From: Bugula neritina
Taxonomy: Eukaryota > Animalia > Bryozoa
Direction: 5' to 3'
Assembly: GCA_964035545.1 (NCBI GenBank)
Contig: OZ037765.1
Coordinates: 30,441,504-30,505,503, forward strand
DNA: 64,000 nucleotides
Position 1 is the first letter of the stretch; every line of letters starts with the position of its first letter. The notes beneath the pieces were generated by a model. That model searched no databases. It was not told the origin of the DNA and saw only the letters and a list, made by a program, of their open reading frames with translations. A program made the position numbers and the translations under genes. Positions 1 through 11,900 of the stretch are shown in pieces.

Positions 1-589
1 CATAGCTAATATTAAAAACATCAACTAAAGGTAGTTTGGCTCAGTATATGTATTATATAGCTAATGTATTGAATGAGTCACTTGAATGCAACTTAAAGAA
101 CTGATTTAATTAAAACACAAATAAAGTCCGTGACAACATTGATATATGTTACAGATTTTCCTTAGGAGAAGTTTATAGATTGAGATTCACATGAAAGGAA
201 TTTTACCAAACATTATTTTTTATTTTACAGCTTCATTTGCGTAAATTCAGACTACAGTGTATGTTTATATATTTATGTGGTTGTAAGAAAATAGTAAAGT
301 TTAAACTTTGATCCTGTGGCACACAGCAACAATTGGCAAATTGGTATATATAGATACCAGAAATGCTGAAGTGCTAAAAAACCATAATTTGAAGCATAAA
401 TAACATGTGAAGTTTTTTTGCTTATTTAATCTAAAGATAAATGATGAAGCTTTGTAAGAATTACAAACCAACTGCCAAATGTAGATTATTTTCTTATATA
501 AATATCTTTATTCCTATGATTAAACATTCACTGTATGTAGACCATTTGTTGTATAAATGTTTTAATGTCATTAGAAATATGAATTTTAG

Positions 590-2071
590 AGCCTTTAGTA
601 TTAAAGCCTAAATCTGTTAACCCAGCCCTTTTATCTGAAAATATAAACAAGCTAGCATATGCTCCTTACCGACCAGTGCCAAAGCCAAGTCACGCTGGAA
701 AGTGTGATGCTCGGTAAGTTGTTCTGTTTTGTGCAGAATTTTTCAAACTTTATACTTAATTATTTTTAAATAATTTTTTGTTCATAAATTACTCTCTTAT
801 TTATTATTATATATTATTATTTATTACTCATTTTTTTATTTAGCTCATTGAGTCAGTACAGCATTTGAATAGCTGCATGTAATATTAAGATGAAGTTTTC
901 CTTAACTAAGAATAAACATGAACATTATTGTGTATGCACTATGCATGTTGTATAATTAGTTTGTTTAATACAGCTGCAAATGTAACATCTGCTCCTTAAA
1001 TACCATCTCATACTGTTTAGGTATCGAGGCTGGCACAAAATGATGACTACGAAAGGATCTCATTACATCCTCACAACAAACTCATTTGGAGACAGTCCTG
1101 CAGCTAAACAGCATGCTAAGTTAAATGAAGAGTACGCCAAGACAGTAAGTGTAATGTCCTACATGTATGTTTAGTGTGTGTGCGTGCGAGTGTGTGCTCG
1201 CACTAAACAGCATGTTCAGTTAAATAGAGGGTACATCAAGTCAATAAGTGCAACTGCCTATACGTGTGTACATATGTGTACTTTCATATGTATTATATAA
1301 TATATAGTGGTAGTGACATATGTGCTGATAATTGGTTACTTTGTGTATTGTTAGGTCAAAAATGTGAAAGGAGATTGTGTATTCAGAAAAACAACTTCAA
1401 AAAATGTGAAGCCAGAGATACTCCGTCCACCTCCCCCGTCCACTACAACAACAGTCCAGAGTAGCCAATCTGAAAGACCACAGTCTAAAGCAAATGAGCC
1501 TCTTATCCAGACACCAAATAAGATGCAGAGATCGTCTGCACGTGTAGTCCTTGCTGGAATGTTGGATACTATATCAGAAGTAAGTGGGTCTAGAAAGCCG
1601 AGTGCAAATTCGAGAAAATTAAGTCCCGATTCAAGAAAACCAAGTGCTCGCCCTAGCACGACTTCGTCTTCTAACAAATCATACACCTTTAGTGATTTCA
1701 AACTATATACTGAAGAGTATGACAAACCAGAAGAAAAAGTGGAGTTGAGTGCCAAAAATCTTACAGATGATAGTCAAGTTGGGCCTACTACGCCAAGAAT
1801 TGTCTTACATAAGCCAACACTCGGTAATTTGCAAGTTTCATCTGTAGCAACAGGCCGTCGTTATTCAAAGGTTACAGGCAATGATATAGCTAAAGACATC
1901 GTTGGTCAGGTAGACAACCACATGGCCAGCCAACAGCATCTCCAGAAAATGAAAAGTGTTCATGCCACTAAAGTAAAAAATCTTATCAAGAGAAGAAAAC
2001 TTTCAGGATATGTAAAGAAACGCCTCATTGACTCCGCACGGGAAAGAAATTTTTCTGTAACTATTTGTTAG
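590..2071 (+). CDS. 3' part of an uncharacterised protein with a S/K/R/P-rich, probably disordered C-terminus; 5' exons not identified (probably upstream of the window)
   Basis: Phase-consistent exons 590-713, 1021-1144 and 1355-2071 (tttag/gtaagt junctions). They read ...PYRPVPKPSHAGKCDAR-YRGWHKMMTTKGSHYILTTNSFGDSPAAKQHAKLNEEYAKT-VKNVKGDCVFRK...NFSVTIC*. No domain recognised. Confidence 0.7.
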
Positions 2072-2975
2072 CTCATGGACTTCCTTTCTTTTCTTGCATT
2101 GTAACCTCCGAGCAGCTCATGAACTTATAAACCTCATCCTTCCACTTGTTTTGATATCAAGTGAAGTTAACAAATATGCAGCATAATTACTATTCATGCA
2201 AGTAGTTCCATACTTTGCATGCCTAGTCAGAGGGCATAATACTGACGTGAAACACGTGACTTCAAGTATATAATTATTATGGACAAGTAAAATAGTAAAT
2301 AAATGAAACATTTTCCCAAGATTTGGTATAAAACTACTTTTTTCAAAGAAACCAATAACAATAAAGCATATTTCATTGTCATGTATACCATTACTTGTTG
2401 ATGTAAATTATAAATTTGTATTCTTGTTCAATTAGTGCAGGTTTGTTTCCTTAAATTTATTTGAAGAGTTCAAACAAGTGTTTTGTAAAAATATAAAAGC
2501 ATAATGCACATTATTTTATGTGTTTACAATTTATGGCTGCAATAATAGTTTTACATTAAAATAAAATTTCAGCATTGCAAACATTGTGACACAGATATGA
2601 TCTAAGTAGATAAGTTAAAAAATATTCATACACTTGTTCTTGGTAAACGGTAAGCAGTACAGTATATCAATACTTTGCTTTGAACACTTCAGGCTATTCA
2701 ATGCATAAAAATCTTCCTGAGAAATGCACTTGTTAACCAGATATGTAATTATAACAATGCATAAATAATTCACATGCAAATTTACAAAAAAATATATAAT
2801 ATGAGAGTGGGTGCCAATTAGGCTTGAAAATATTTCTACCAACCAAAATTTGCTGTACAAAAAGAAAAAAACTATGAATGTATAAGTGCATTAGTGATAT
2901 GCAATAGCAAAACTGAACATACGAAATAAAACACTGTTTTTATGTAACCATGGCAATTATCAACTGCTAAGTAGG

Positions 2976-5900
2976 TCAGCTGTTGTCAGATGTAGGTTCT
3001 GGCGAAGGAGGAGGAGGGTATGGGTTATGTATTGTAGATCTGAAGCTACGAACTGTAGAAGGTGAGGGCGGGTCTTCGCTCGCCTCATCAGCAGAACACA
3101 TTTGACTGCGACTAGGCGTAGGTGGTGGGGGATTGAGTTGATGATATTTTTTATACTTTTTAGGTCGGGGTCGTTGCACTGAGTAATTCTTAAGAGATGG
3201 TTCGGAGTCGTCACACGTCGACATTGGCGTTGTGGGTGGCACTTTGCCATGATGCCGTTTGTAGTACGTCTGATAAGCAGACGACACGAGCGTGCTACTG
3301 CAGTCGTCCATGTCCATAGCACCATGACCCAGGAAAGCTGAACGCTCAGTGACTGGGGAAGGGGGAGGGTTGAACCCAGCCTGTAAGTGAGTCATACTAG
3401 AACTGCTAGAGGAGGCCCCAGTGACATGGTTTCTGTCATAATGCAGCGCAGAGTTAGTGGACGAAGCTGAGACAACAGTAGTTTCAGTTAAAGACTGAGG
3501 CATGTGATTGGCTGGCACATCCATCATTGCTGTACCTAAAGAGTCAAAGGAAACTCCAGGCCTAGCATTGGCAACTGGTTCTAAATAACGCAGGCTGTAT
3601 GCCCGTTTCCTGCACTTCCAAATAATAAATATAACAACAATTAAAATAAATAAAAAGACAATGCACAGAACAACAACAATGCCGACTGTTGTGTTGATAG
3701 TTGGAGCTGATGTAGCCGCAGTTAGAGCTGTGCCAGTTAACTCGTCCGACCCATCCTTACAGTCGACTATATTGTCTCCAACCCGATCTACTGGAATACA
3801 CTCTTTTTTGTCGGAACACATAAACTTGTCTGATCGACAACAGCTGTCTTGTTCATCGGATGAGTCATGACAATCGGCTACTCGGTCACACATCTGTCTC
3901 CTGTCTATACACTCCCCGCTGCCACACGTGAACTCGTCAGCGGTGCAGAACTGAGAGCAGTCTTTCTCGTCTGATCCGTCTGCACATTCCTCGGAGCCAT
4001 CGCATCGCCACTCCATCGGAATACACGCCACCTGGCCGTGGCCCGTTGAGCAAGCAAAGTAAGAAGATTTACATGTGGCCAGAGGGGCACAAGACAACCC
4101 GTTCACGTGCAGATTCAGCCCATCCGGACAGCCGCACTGCTTGGTACCATCTGAACCAATGAAGCATATGTGGGAGCAGTCGCCGTTGTTGCTACTACAC
4201 GGATGTCTGTTGTAGTTCTGCAAAAAGTCTGCATTCACTGCGTGTATGTCGGTAATATCTGTCCTCCTTCTCATCACCTGCTTCCTATTCCTTCCGGAAG
4301 TTTTATCTACATAGAAGAGTTGGGTAGAGCCTTGAGTATAATACAACTTATCTTTATATATAGTGAGGGAGGTAGAGGTGACCTTGTCCACCAACGTCCG
4401 TATATTATCTCCATTAGAGCTGCAGCTCTTTATTGTGGATGTCGTGTGATCCGCAAAGTAGAGCCAGTCATTTTGCTCATCTATAGTTATGGCAGCAATA
4501 CTCTGACTGGTTACTACGGCAACGGGACTGGATCCGTCCAGGTACGTTCTGATAACCTGACTACTTCTCGACTTGGATTCAGCCACAATAAACAAATACC
4601 TACAAAACCAGCAGACACTCATGACTTCACCAGAATAGAAGATAATACAGCATTTAGTTTACTCCAAATAAACAGGCTTGAGTTGCAAGTTTTGAAAAGC
4701 TCTCAGATGTTTGAACTAAAAAATTGTCCATTTTTAAAACCTCCCACATTTAAAACTATTAAGTGCCTAAATAATCATACAACCTCCATGTTTGCTTCCT
4801 CCAGCTGGTCTAACTAAGAAGTAGTTTTCAAGATTACATAAGAAATAGACCAAGTAGTAACTCTACTAAATAATAAATTACATACAACTTTTACAAAGCA
4901 CATACCCTTTACGGGGATTAACTGCAACAGCAGTGAGTGTGTTGCCGTCATTTCTGTATACAACACCTACGTTCTTCTTGTCTAAAGTAGTGACATTAAC
5001 CACACCCTGTACCGAATCAATCCAGAACAGCAACCTGGAGTAGGGCTCTATGCACATGCTAGACGGATAAATCTTGCTGTCGTGGAGAAAGATCTCCGCC
5101 TGTAAATATAAAGATAACTTAGCATATAATTTATATAGATATAAAGATAATTTAACTTCTTACTGCTCCGTTTACAATAAAACTTAAACCCACAACTTGT
5201 ATTACAACAGCTGCTCTATTAACACATTCACTAAAACCAGGCATTTATTAATAACAGCAACTTTTGTAGGACAAATTCACAGAACAAAAACCAACCATAT
5301 AATAATGTTGAAATATATTATAATAATAAAGTGCATGGCTGAAACATTTCACAGAACTAAAAAATCATATATAATAAACAGAGTGTAAAAAATGTTAAAA
5401 ACGAGAAAATCAGAATAAATAGCTGGAGTCCTACATACCCGTGAGCCATCTACAGTAGACCGCTTTATAGCCCTATATTTATCGGAATCCATGATCCAGT
5501 ATATCTTATCGTCTGCTGTGTCATAGTTTATAGTCCTGACACTCCTCAGTGACTTCAGTGGCAGTACAAGGTCAGGCTGCGTGTTGTCTAATAGCCTTCT
5601 AACCTGCATGTCTCTTGTAGACTGAGTCCCTGCACGCTCACTCACCAGAAAGAAGTTACGGGGCGCTAAAATATGTTTCAATATTTACTAGGCAATTATT
5701 ATAAAAACCCCAAAGTATTGGGTAGACAACTCTACATGATAGGTTCTTAATGACTGAAACTTAATACTTCTTAATCTTTCTTAGCCAACGGCTCAATATT
5801 GAAATCAGAGACAATGCAGGGGTTTTACACGGACAGACAACTAACCATGTTGTAAAATGAGCAGATTGGCGTAAATGTTTCACTTCAGTGTCAAACACAT

Positions 5901-8900
5901 CCCTTTGACACATACTACTCATATAAACATAAGTGTTTTCACAGTTAGATATTCACAGTTAAATATTCTTAACTAAGAACGAGGTAAATGCTACGAGCAC
6001 CAAACAACATGAGAACATACCGGAACAGGTCATGCCATCTTGGTTCAGCAAGTAGTGAGTGGGACAACCGCAGGAATACGTCTGACTGTTTCCAGAGGTG
6101 AAGCAGAAATACTGACACCCGCCATTGTTTATAGCACACACGCTGGAACCTAACAACACAATGCAAAGCTCTATATATACTCTGTAACCTTTAATAACTT
6201 GCTACTAGCCAAGTTTCGTCAGATCATTATTCAAATTAATCAGCCATTCTACGGTGACTCATTTCATAAAAAAACTAAAAATAATTTTTATTACTCACAT
6301 TACTCTCCCAACGATAGAAAATATCAGTACCAAGAAAATACTACTAGCAAAAATGGAATTTCTGCAGCAACATTTCATTCTGTAAGTAAAAAAGGTTAAA
6401 GTATTGCTGCCCCCCCCCCCATTTGTTTCATCCAGGCTTACTAAATAAATGTAATTACCATTTTGTCGAGATTTGTGAAAGACAAGTAGGTTAACGACAG
6501 GAGCGATGTCTGTCTGTATGGTAGCCACATCTGATTGGTCGATCTTGCTGACACGCTGTATGTTCTGGTCAGTGCTGTCGTACCAGTACACGTAGTTACC
6601 ATATATATTCAGTGAAACTGGCGATTTGAGATTCTTGATCATCACCTGCATATCTTCGCCTAAAGAATTTACCAGTGTAGAGATCAGTGGGAGTGTGAAG
6701 TTATACATCTAGATGAACAGCGGAGAGATCAGTGAGGACGCGAAACCACATATAGGGTGTACCACTACCTACACTTTTAAATGTGTGTATCTTTATACTA
6801 TAGACAAAAGATAGTATGGACAGGAAATGCAACACTAAATATTATAAAACATTTACAGTTATCAATGGTGGACAACATGAGGGTCTGGGATTAATATATT
6901 ATTATGTGGTAATTTACCCAATCTTACATTATTACTATAATGAAACTAGAGATGAGGGAGGGAGGGAGAGAGAGAGAGAGAGAGGGAGGGAGAGAGAGAG
7001 AGGGAGGGAGAGAGAGAGAGGGAGGGAGAGAGAGAGAGGGAGGGAGAGAGAGAGAGAGGGAGGGAGGGAGAGAGAGAGAGGGAGAGAGAGAGAGAGAGAG
7101 AGGGAGGGAGAGAGAGAGAGGGAGGGAGAGAGAGGGAGGGAGGGAGAGAGAGGGAGGGAGAGAGAGAGAGGGAGAGAGAGGGAGGGAGAGAGAGAGAGGG
7201 AGAGAGAGAGAGGATGCAATTAAAAGAACTGTCTGTGGAACAGGAGGTGAGTAAAAAAGCAAACAAGTGGGACAGTAGATAAGTAGGACAGAAGATGACT
7301 TAGACAGTATAGCTGGATTGAGCATCAGAGGAAGGTGCTGATAATTCTTAGAACCAGAGAAACCAGAACCCACCATTAAGACCTGCAGATTGTATTGCGT
7401 TACGTCGGTAGTTCATCCAGTAGATTCTGTTAGCGTCCAGGTCAACTGTTATGGAGCCACAGCGACCAATGTCTGAGAGAATGAACCTCTGATCTGTACC
7501 ATCCAGGTTGGCTCGGCCTATCTCAGGGATACCATCCACGTCCCAGTCTGTCCAGTATATGTAACTACAACGTGTATTATACACTGTATTATTCAGTGTA
7601 TTATATAGTATACTATTCAGTGTATTATATAGTATACTATACAGTATATTATCCAGTATATTTTACAGTATATTATACAATATATTATAGGGAGCAGCCG
7701 TGGTCTAGGGGTTAGAGCATTTGCTTAGTAAGCACGAGGGTCATGGGTTCAATCCCAGACAAAGGCCATTGGTGATGTTAGGAAGAGCATCCAGTCATAA
7801 TTGCTCCTGTGCCTCATTTAAATAAATCCTTAGCCCGTTTTAACAAAAACCCTTTCCACCAGGGTTTTCTCACAGGGATAGTGACAATAAACTTGTGTGA
7901 GTTATACAGTGTATTATACAGCATGTTATACAATATATAATACAGTATATTATATAGTATACTATACAGTGTATTATATAGAAGAACATGGTGTGCCGTG
8001 TATATGTAACTACAATGTATATTCCAGAAACATATCAATTGCATTCCTGTGAGAAAAGCTATACAGCAACTGCTGGAAATTGCAATTCCTTATTGATATA
8101 ATTTTCAACACTATTAAACAGGAAGTAGAGAAAGAGTTACCCTTTAACTGGATGTACAGTAATACTCCTAGGGTCACCCAAATCCTTCCATACTACGACT
8201 TTACGAGCCTTAGACTGTATGTTATACACTTCAATGAGGTTCATGTTAGTATCAATAAAATAGATGTTGTCCGAGATCCAGTCTATGACCATGGCTGACG
8301 GAGACTCCTTCCTGAACTGGAGGACCGTGCTGACCGAACTACCATTGATATAGGCGCGTCTTATACTCTGCAACGGATAGGCAAATGTTACATAACAACC
8401 TGATATGTTTGTAAGGCCTAGAAAATGTCAAGCATGGAATGAAGTTTTAAAAAGCTATATAATTCAGTAAGTCATGTGTTACTTTGAAAAGTTGTATTAT
8501 TACCTGAGAAAAAGTGGTAACAAAAAAAAAAACTTTAGACAACACACAAGGCATACTAGGTGTATATTTACAATATTGCAAAATGCTAGAGTAGCAATAT
8601 GACCAATGAAACAGCACAGAGTATGTTTTATTCACTCCTGTACTATATCTATTTGATGTTTCATCAAGTACTTCAACTAGATTTTGGAGAATTACTTATT
8701 TATAAAAAATATGTCTTTTTAGGAGATATTATACTTGAAACCATTTCCCCTATAAAAGTGTTGTGAATTTAAATATTTTCAAGGTGACAGAATTTGTTTA
8801 AAATTACATTGTACTTAATACTGCTACTAAGTTCTATCAAGTATGAGAATAATTATTAGAAATAAATATTTATACATCTCAAACTATATTAAAATATCTA

Positions 8901-11900
8901 TTCTTTTTATTCATCAATTTGGAAGTTGTGTTCTCGGAAAAAATCGGTTTATTTAGCCTGCATAGAGCTATTTTTATGAAGCCAAGTTTCTCTTCTAACA
9001 AAGATTAACTTTGTTGCGGGGGGGGGGGGGAGTGTACGGTAGCACGTTACAAATCATACACTAGAGAATTCACAAACTCATCAGTACTTACAGCATAGAA
9101 AAACATAATTTGTGATGTAAAACTTTTTCATAAAACATGAAAATAATTTCAAACAGTTTATCTAGTGGATTCCGTGAAAGTAATTAATGAAGTAAAATCT
9201 AGAAGTCATATGAGACAACGAATGGACTCCTACTTCATATGTCAAGCTGGCAACACAAAACAACAATTACTACACTCAGAGTGAACAAATCAACCTCAAA
9301 CAGTTACTGCATATACTCCATTGAGATTTACAATCAGCATAACCTGCTCTTACACCTTGTAGGTTAATTTGCTCACTCAGTTAACACAATAGAGGTGCAG
9401 GTACACAACAGTAGTTCTACCTACTAGAGTTAGATACTAAGACTAAAACACCTACAAAGGTGATGAACAGAGAAGATATACACACTGTTCAGCTCACAAC
9501 GGCCCTGGTACATTCAGAAGGTGGTACTAACTGAAACTGAGTCTAGAGGGGATAATGGAAAGACAGCGAAGGGTTGGTATTCACAAAACTTATCAAACAT
9601 TTTCATGCAAAATTAGGGTAACATATCTTTAATTAAACATCTTAATTTAATGTAAACTACATTGTCCAAGAATTAATTAGAAAGATTTGGCACCATTAAA
9701 ATTCCTAAGCTATGCAATTTAACTAATGTGAAATTGTGTAGTGTGCAAATACTTTGTTCAATATAGTAAATAAAACTGACAAATTCCGCCATTTCCAGTA
9801 TATAAATGATACCCTGATTTTGCATCAGAACTTAATATTAGAGGGAAGACAACTTTGCATTAGTTAGAATAAACTCATCACAAACTCTATAATGATGTTA
9901 ACACAGCTTTCGGTGTCCAGCAGGCTTCAACTGGTAGTAATAAAAAGGCCGCAGTGTTTTGTAATATTATTGATATAAAAAGCATCCACTAGTTTCAAAG
10001 GATAACCCCCCCATTGGTTAGAGCTGAAGGTCACATGATCATTGCCACAACAACACACCTATCTGATGGGTATAGCGGCTTTAGGGCCAAAACCAATATT
10101 AGAACATCATTAGTAATAATATAAAATACTAAACTGATTCATAATAAAATTGCAGCATAGTTTTCAGTAACACATACCCCATTGACGTTGTCAGCAAAAT
10201 AAATCAGTTCTTTGGTAACGTGGATATCTAAAGCTGTGATATTCTGCAAGTGCTGTATGGGCAGCGGAGTTGCTTTGTGAGCATATTTTATGGAGGTTCT
10301 CTTGATGGCCTACGTGAGAAAAATAGTAAACAGTTGTGAAAGTATTGTAAGAGCGAAATGTTTTATAAGCAGTTCAGAGTTGAGGTAATTAGGTGCAGCA
10401 GTTTAAAGTGTTTGGGGGGGGGGGGGGGCTAAGTTGAAACCCTCAACTTCAAACTCCAGAACCCAAACTATTGCACTCAGCCACCCCCTACTCATAGCTG
10501 CTTATAGAACATTTCTTGTACAACAGATATGAAATAGACTGAGTGTCACAAGTTACGAATTACGGTGGGTAAAGTAAGATACACACTATGACATGTAATC
10601 CTGCATCTAGTATGGAGTTCAAGGTTACCTTAGACTGAGAGAAGAGGAGAAAAGCCTCAGGAACTACACACTGTTTGTTATCAGCAAGTAACTCTTGCCC
10701 CATAGGACAAGCACAAACGTGTCCACTGGGAGTATTAAGGCAGAGGTTACTGCAGCCACCATTATTCCCGAAGCAGCCATTCGTATCTGCAGGTAGAAAA
10801 GAAGAGAATAACTCCAAAGGCAAAAGATGTATTTTAAGTGAGATAAATGTACATGTACTGTTAGACAGCAGTAGGTTAAATATACTTACATGTGCTGTTG
10901 GGTTTCATAGGCAGCACCCGTATGGCCATAAGGTCCGGCAGCTGATCTACAATGAGTTCCCTAGGAGCACCAGGTACCAGCTTGTCCACTCTTTCAATGG
11001 TTCTCCTCTGCCAATCCGTCCAATATATATACTTACCTGTAAATACAGAATGCTATATACGTACACGGAGTGGAGTAAGTGCGAGCACACCTACACTAGG
11101 ATGTAGTAAGTGTAGCCAAAGGGATTATACACCAGTGGAAGTTGTTTGGTGATTGATTCAACTTCTACACCATCAGCCGCAGTGCATGGAAACCAGCAAT
11201 AAATCACTGCATTAATTATTTTAATAAAACTCATTTGATGGGCAAACGGTGCAGAACCAGCACTTAATTTCAACAGTAGCTTTCACTGGCCAACTACTCT
11301 AATCTCTGAGCAGTCAATCAGCTTTCAACAAGGAAATTGATTCTGGGCTCCAGACTAGGAGACACATAGCCTGTGTGCCTGAGGGAGAGCTGTTTTCACT
11401 CTCTTACTCTATTGCAGTGACCAGCCCCAGGTCACCGCAGGCTATGCCAGAGTAAATATTATGAATACACACAGCTGATAACAATCTGCTCTCACTAGAC
11501 AGATAAAACTCAGGGAAGGGCCGCCCCCCCCCCCTGCAGTAAGCTGACAATAGCAAAGGAAAACTCCATGTGAAACACTAGAGATAGCTTCTTCCACCCC
11601 TAGCAGACCTGTTTGGTTGCAGTATTACAACAGTATAAAGTATAAACCAACAGCCAGTTATATATTCAACTCAGCCTCAAACCCATGCTGAAACTACATA
11701 ACAAAGTTATGCATGTAATCATTAGCTAAAGCTATACATTTATAAAACATTGTCTAAAATATTATATTATATATTGTGTGCAGCGTGTATTACCTGCAAC
11801 ATCAAACCCAAAGACATGCGGCAGCTCGCTGTCGACTATGACGGTCCTCTCAGTTCCATCTAGGTTAGATCTCTCTATTTTATCGAGTTTGGCGTCAGCC

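Noticed and set aside
1351-4817. Antisense or alternative-frame ORFs (1351-1755, 2960-3325, 3661-3870, 4170-4817)
   Set aside because: Shadows of real coding exons.
6816-7376. RE-rich and SL-rich ORFs on both strands
   Set aside because: Translations of the GA microsatellite inside an LRP intron.
7690-7765. Functional tRNA-Thr gene
   Set aside because: The acceptor stem does not pair, there is no oligo-T terminator, and the sequence continues into a body shared by three dispersed copies, so it is a SINE head.
10395-10500. Possible MITE remnant around a G15 run
   Set aside because: No convincing TIR pair or TSD.
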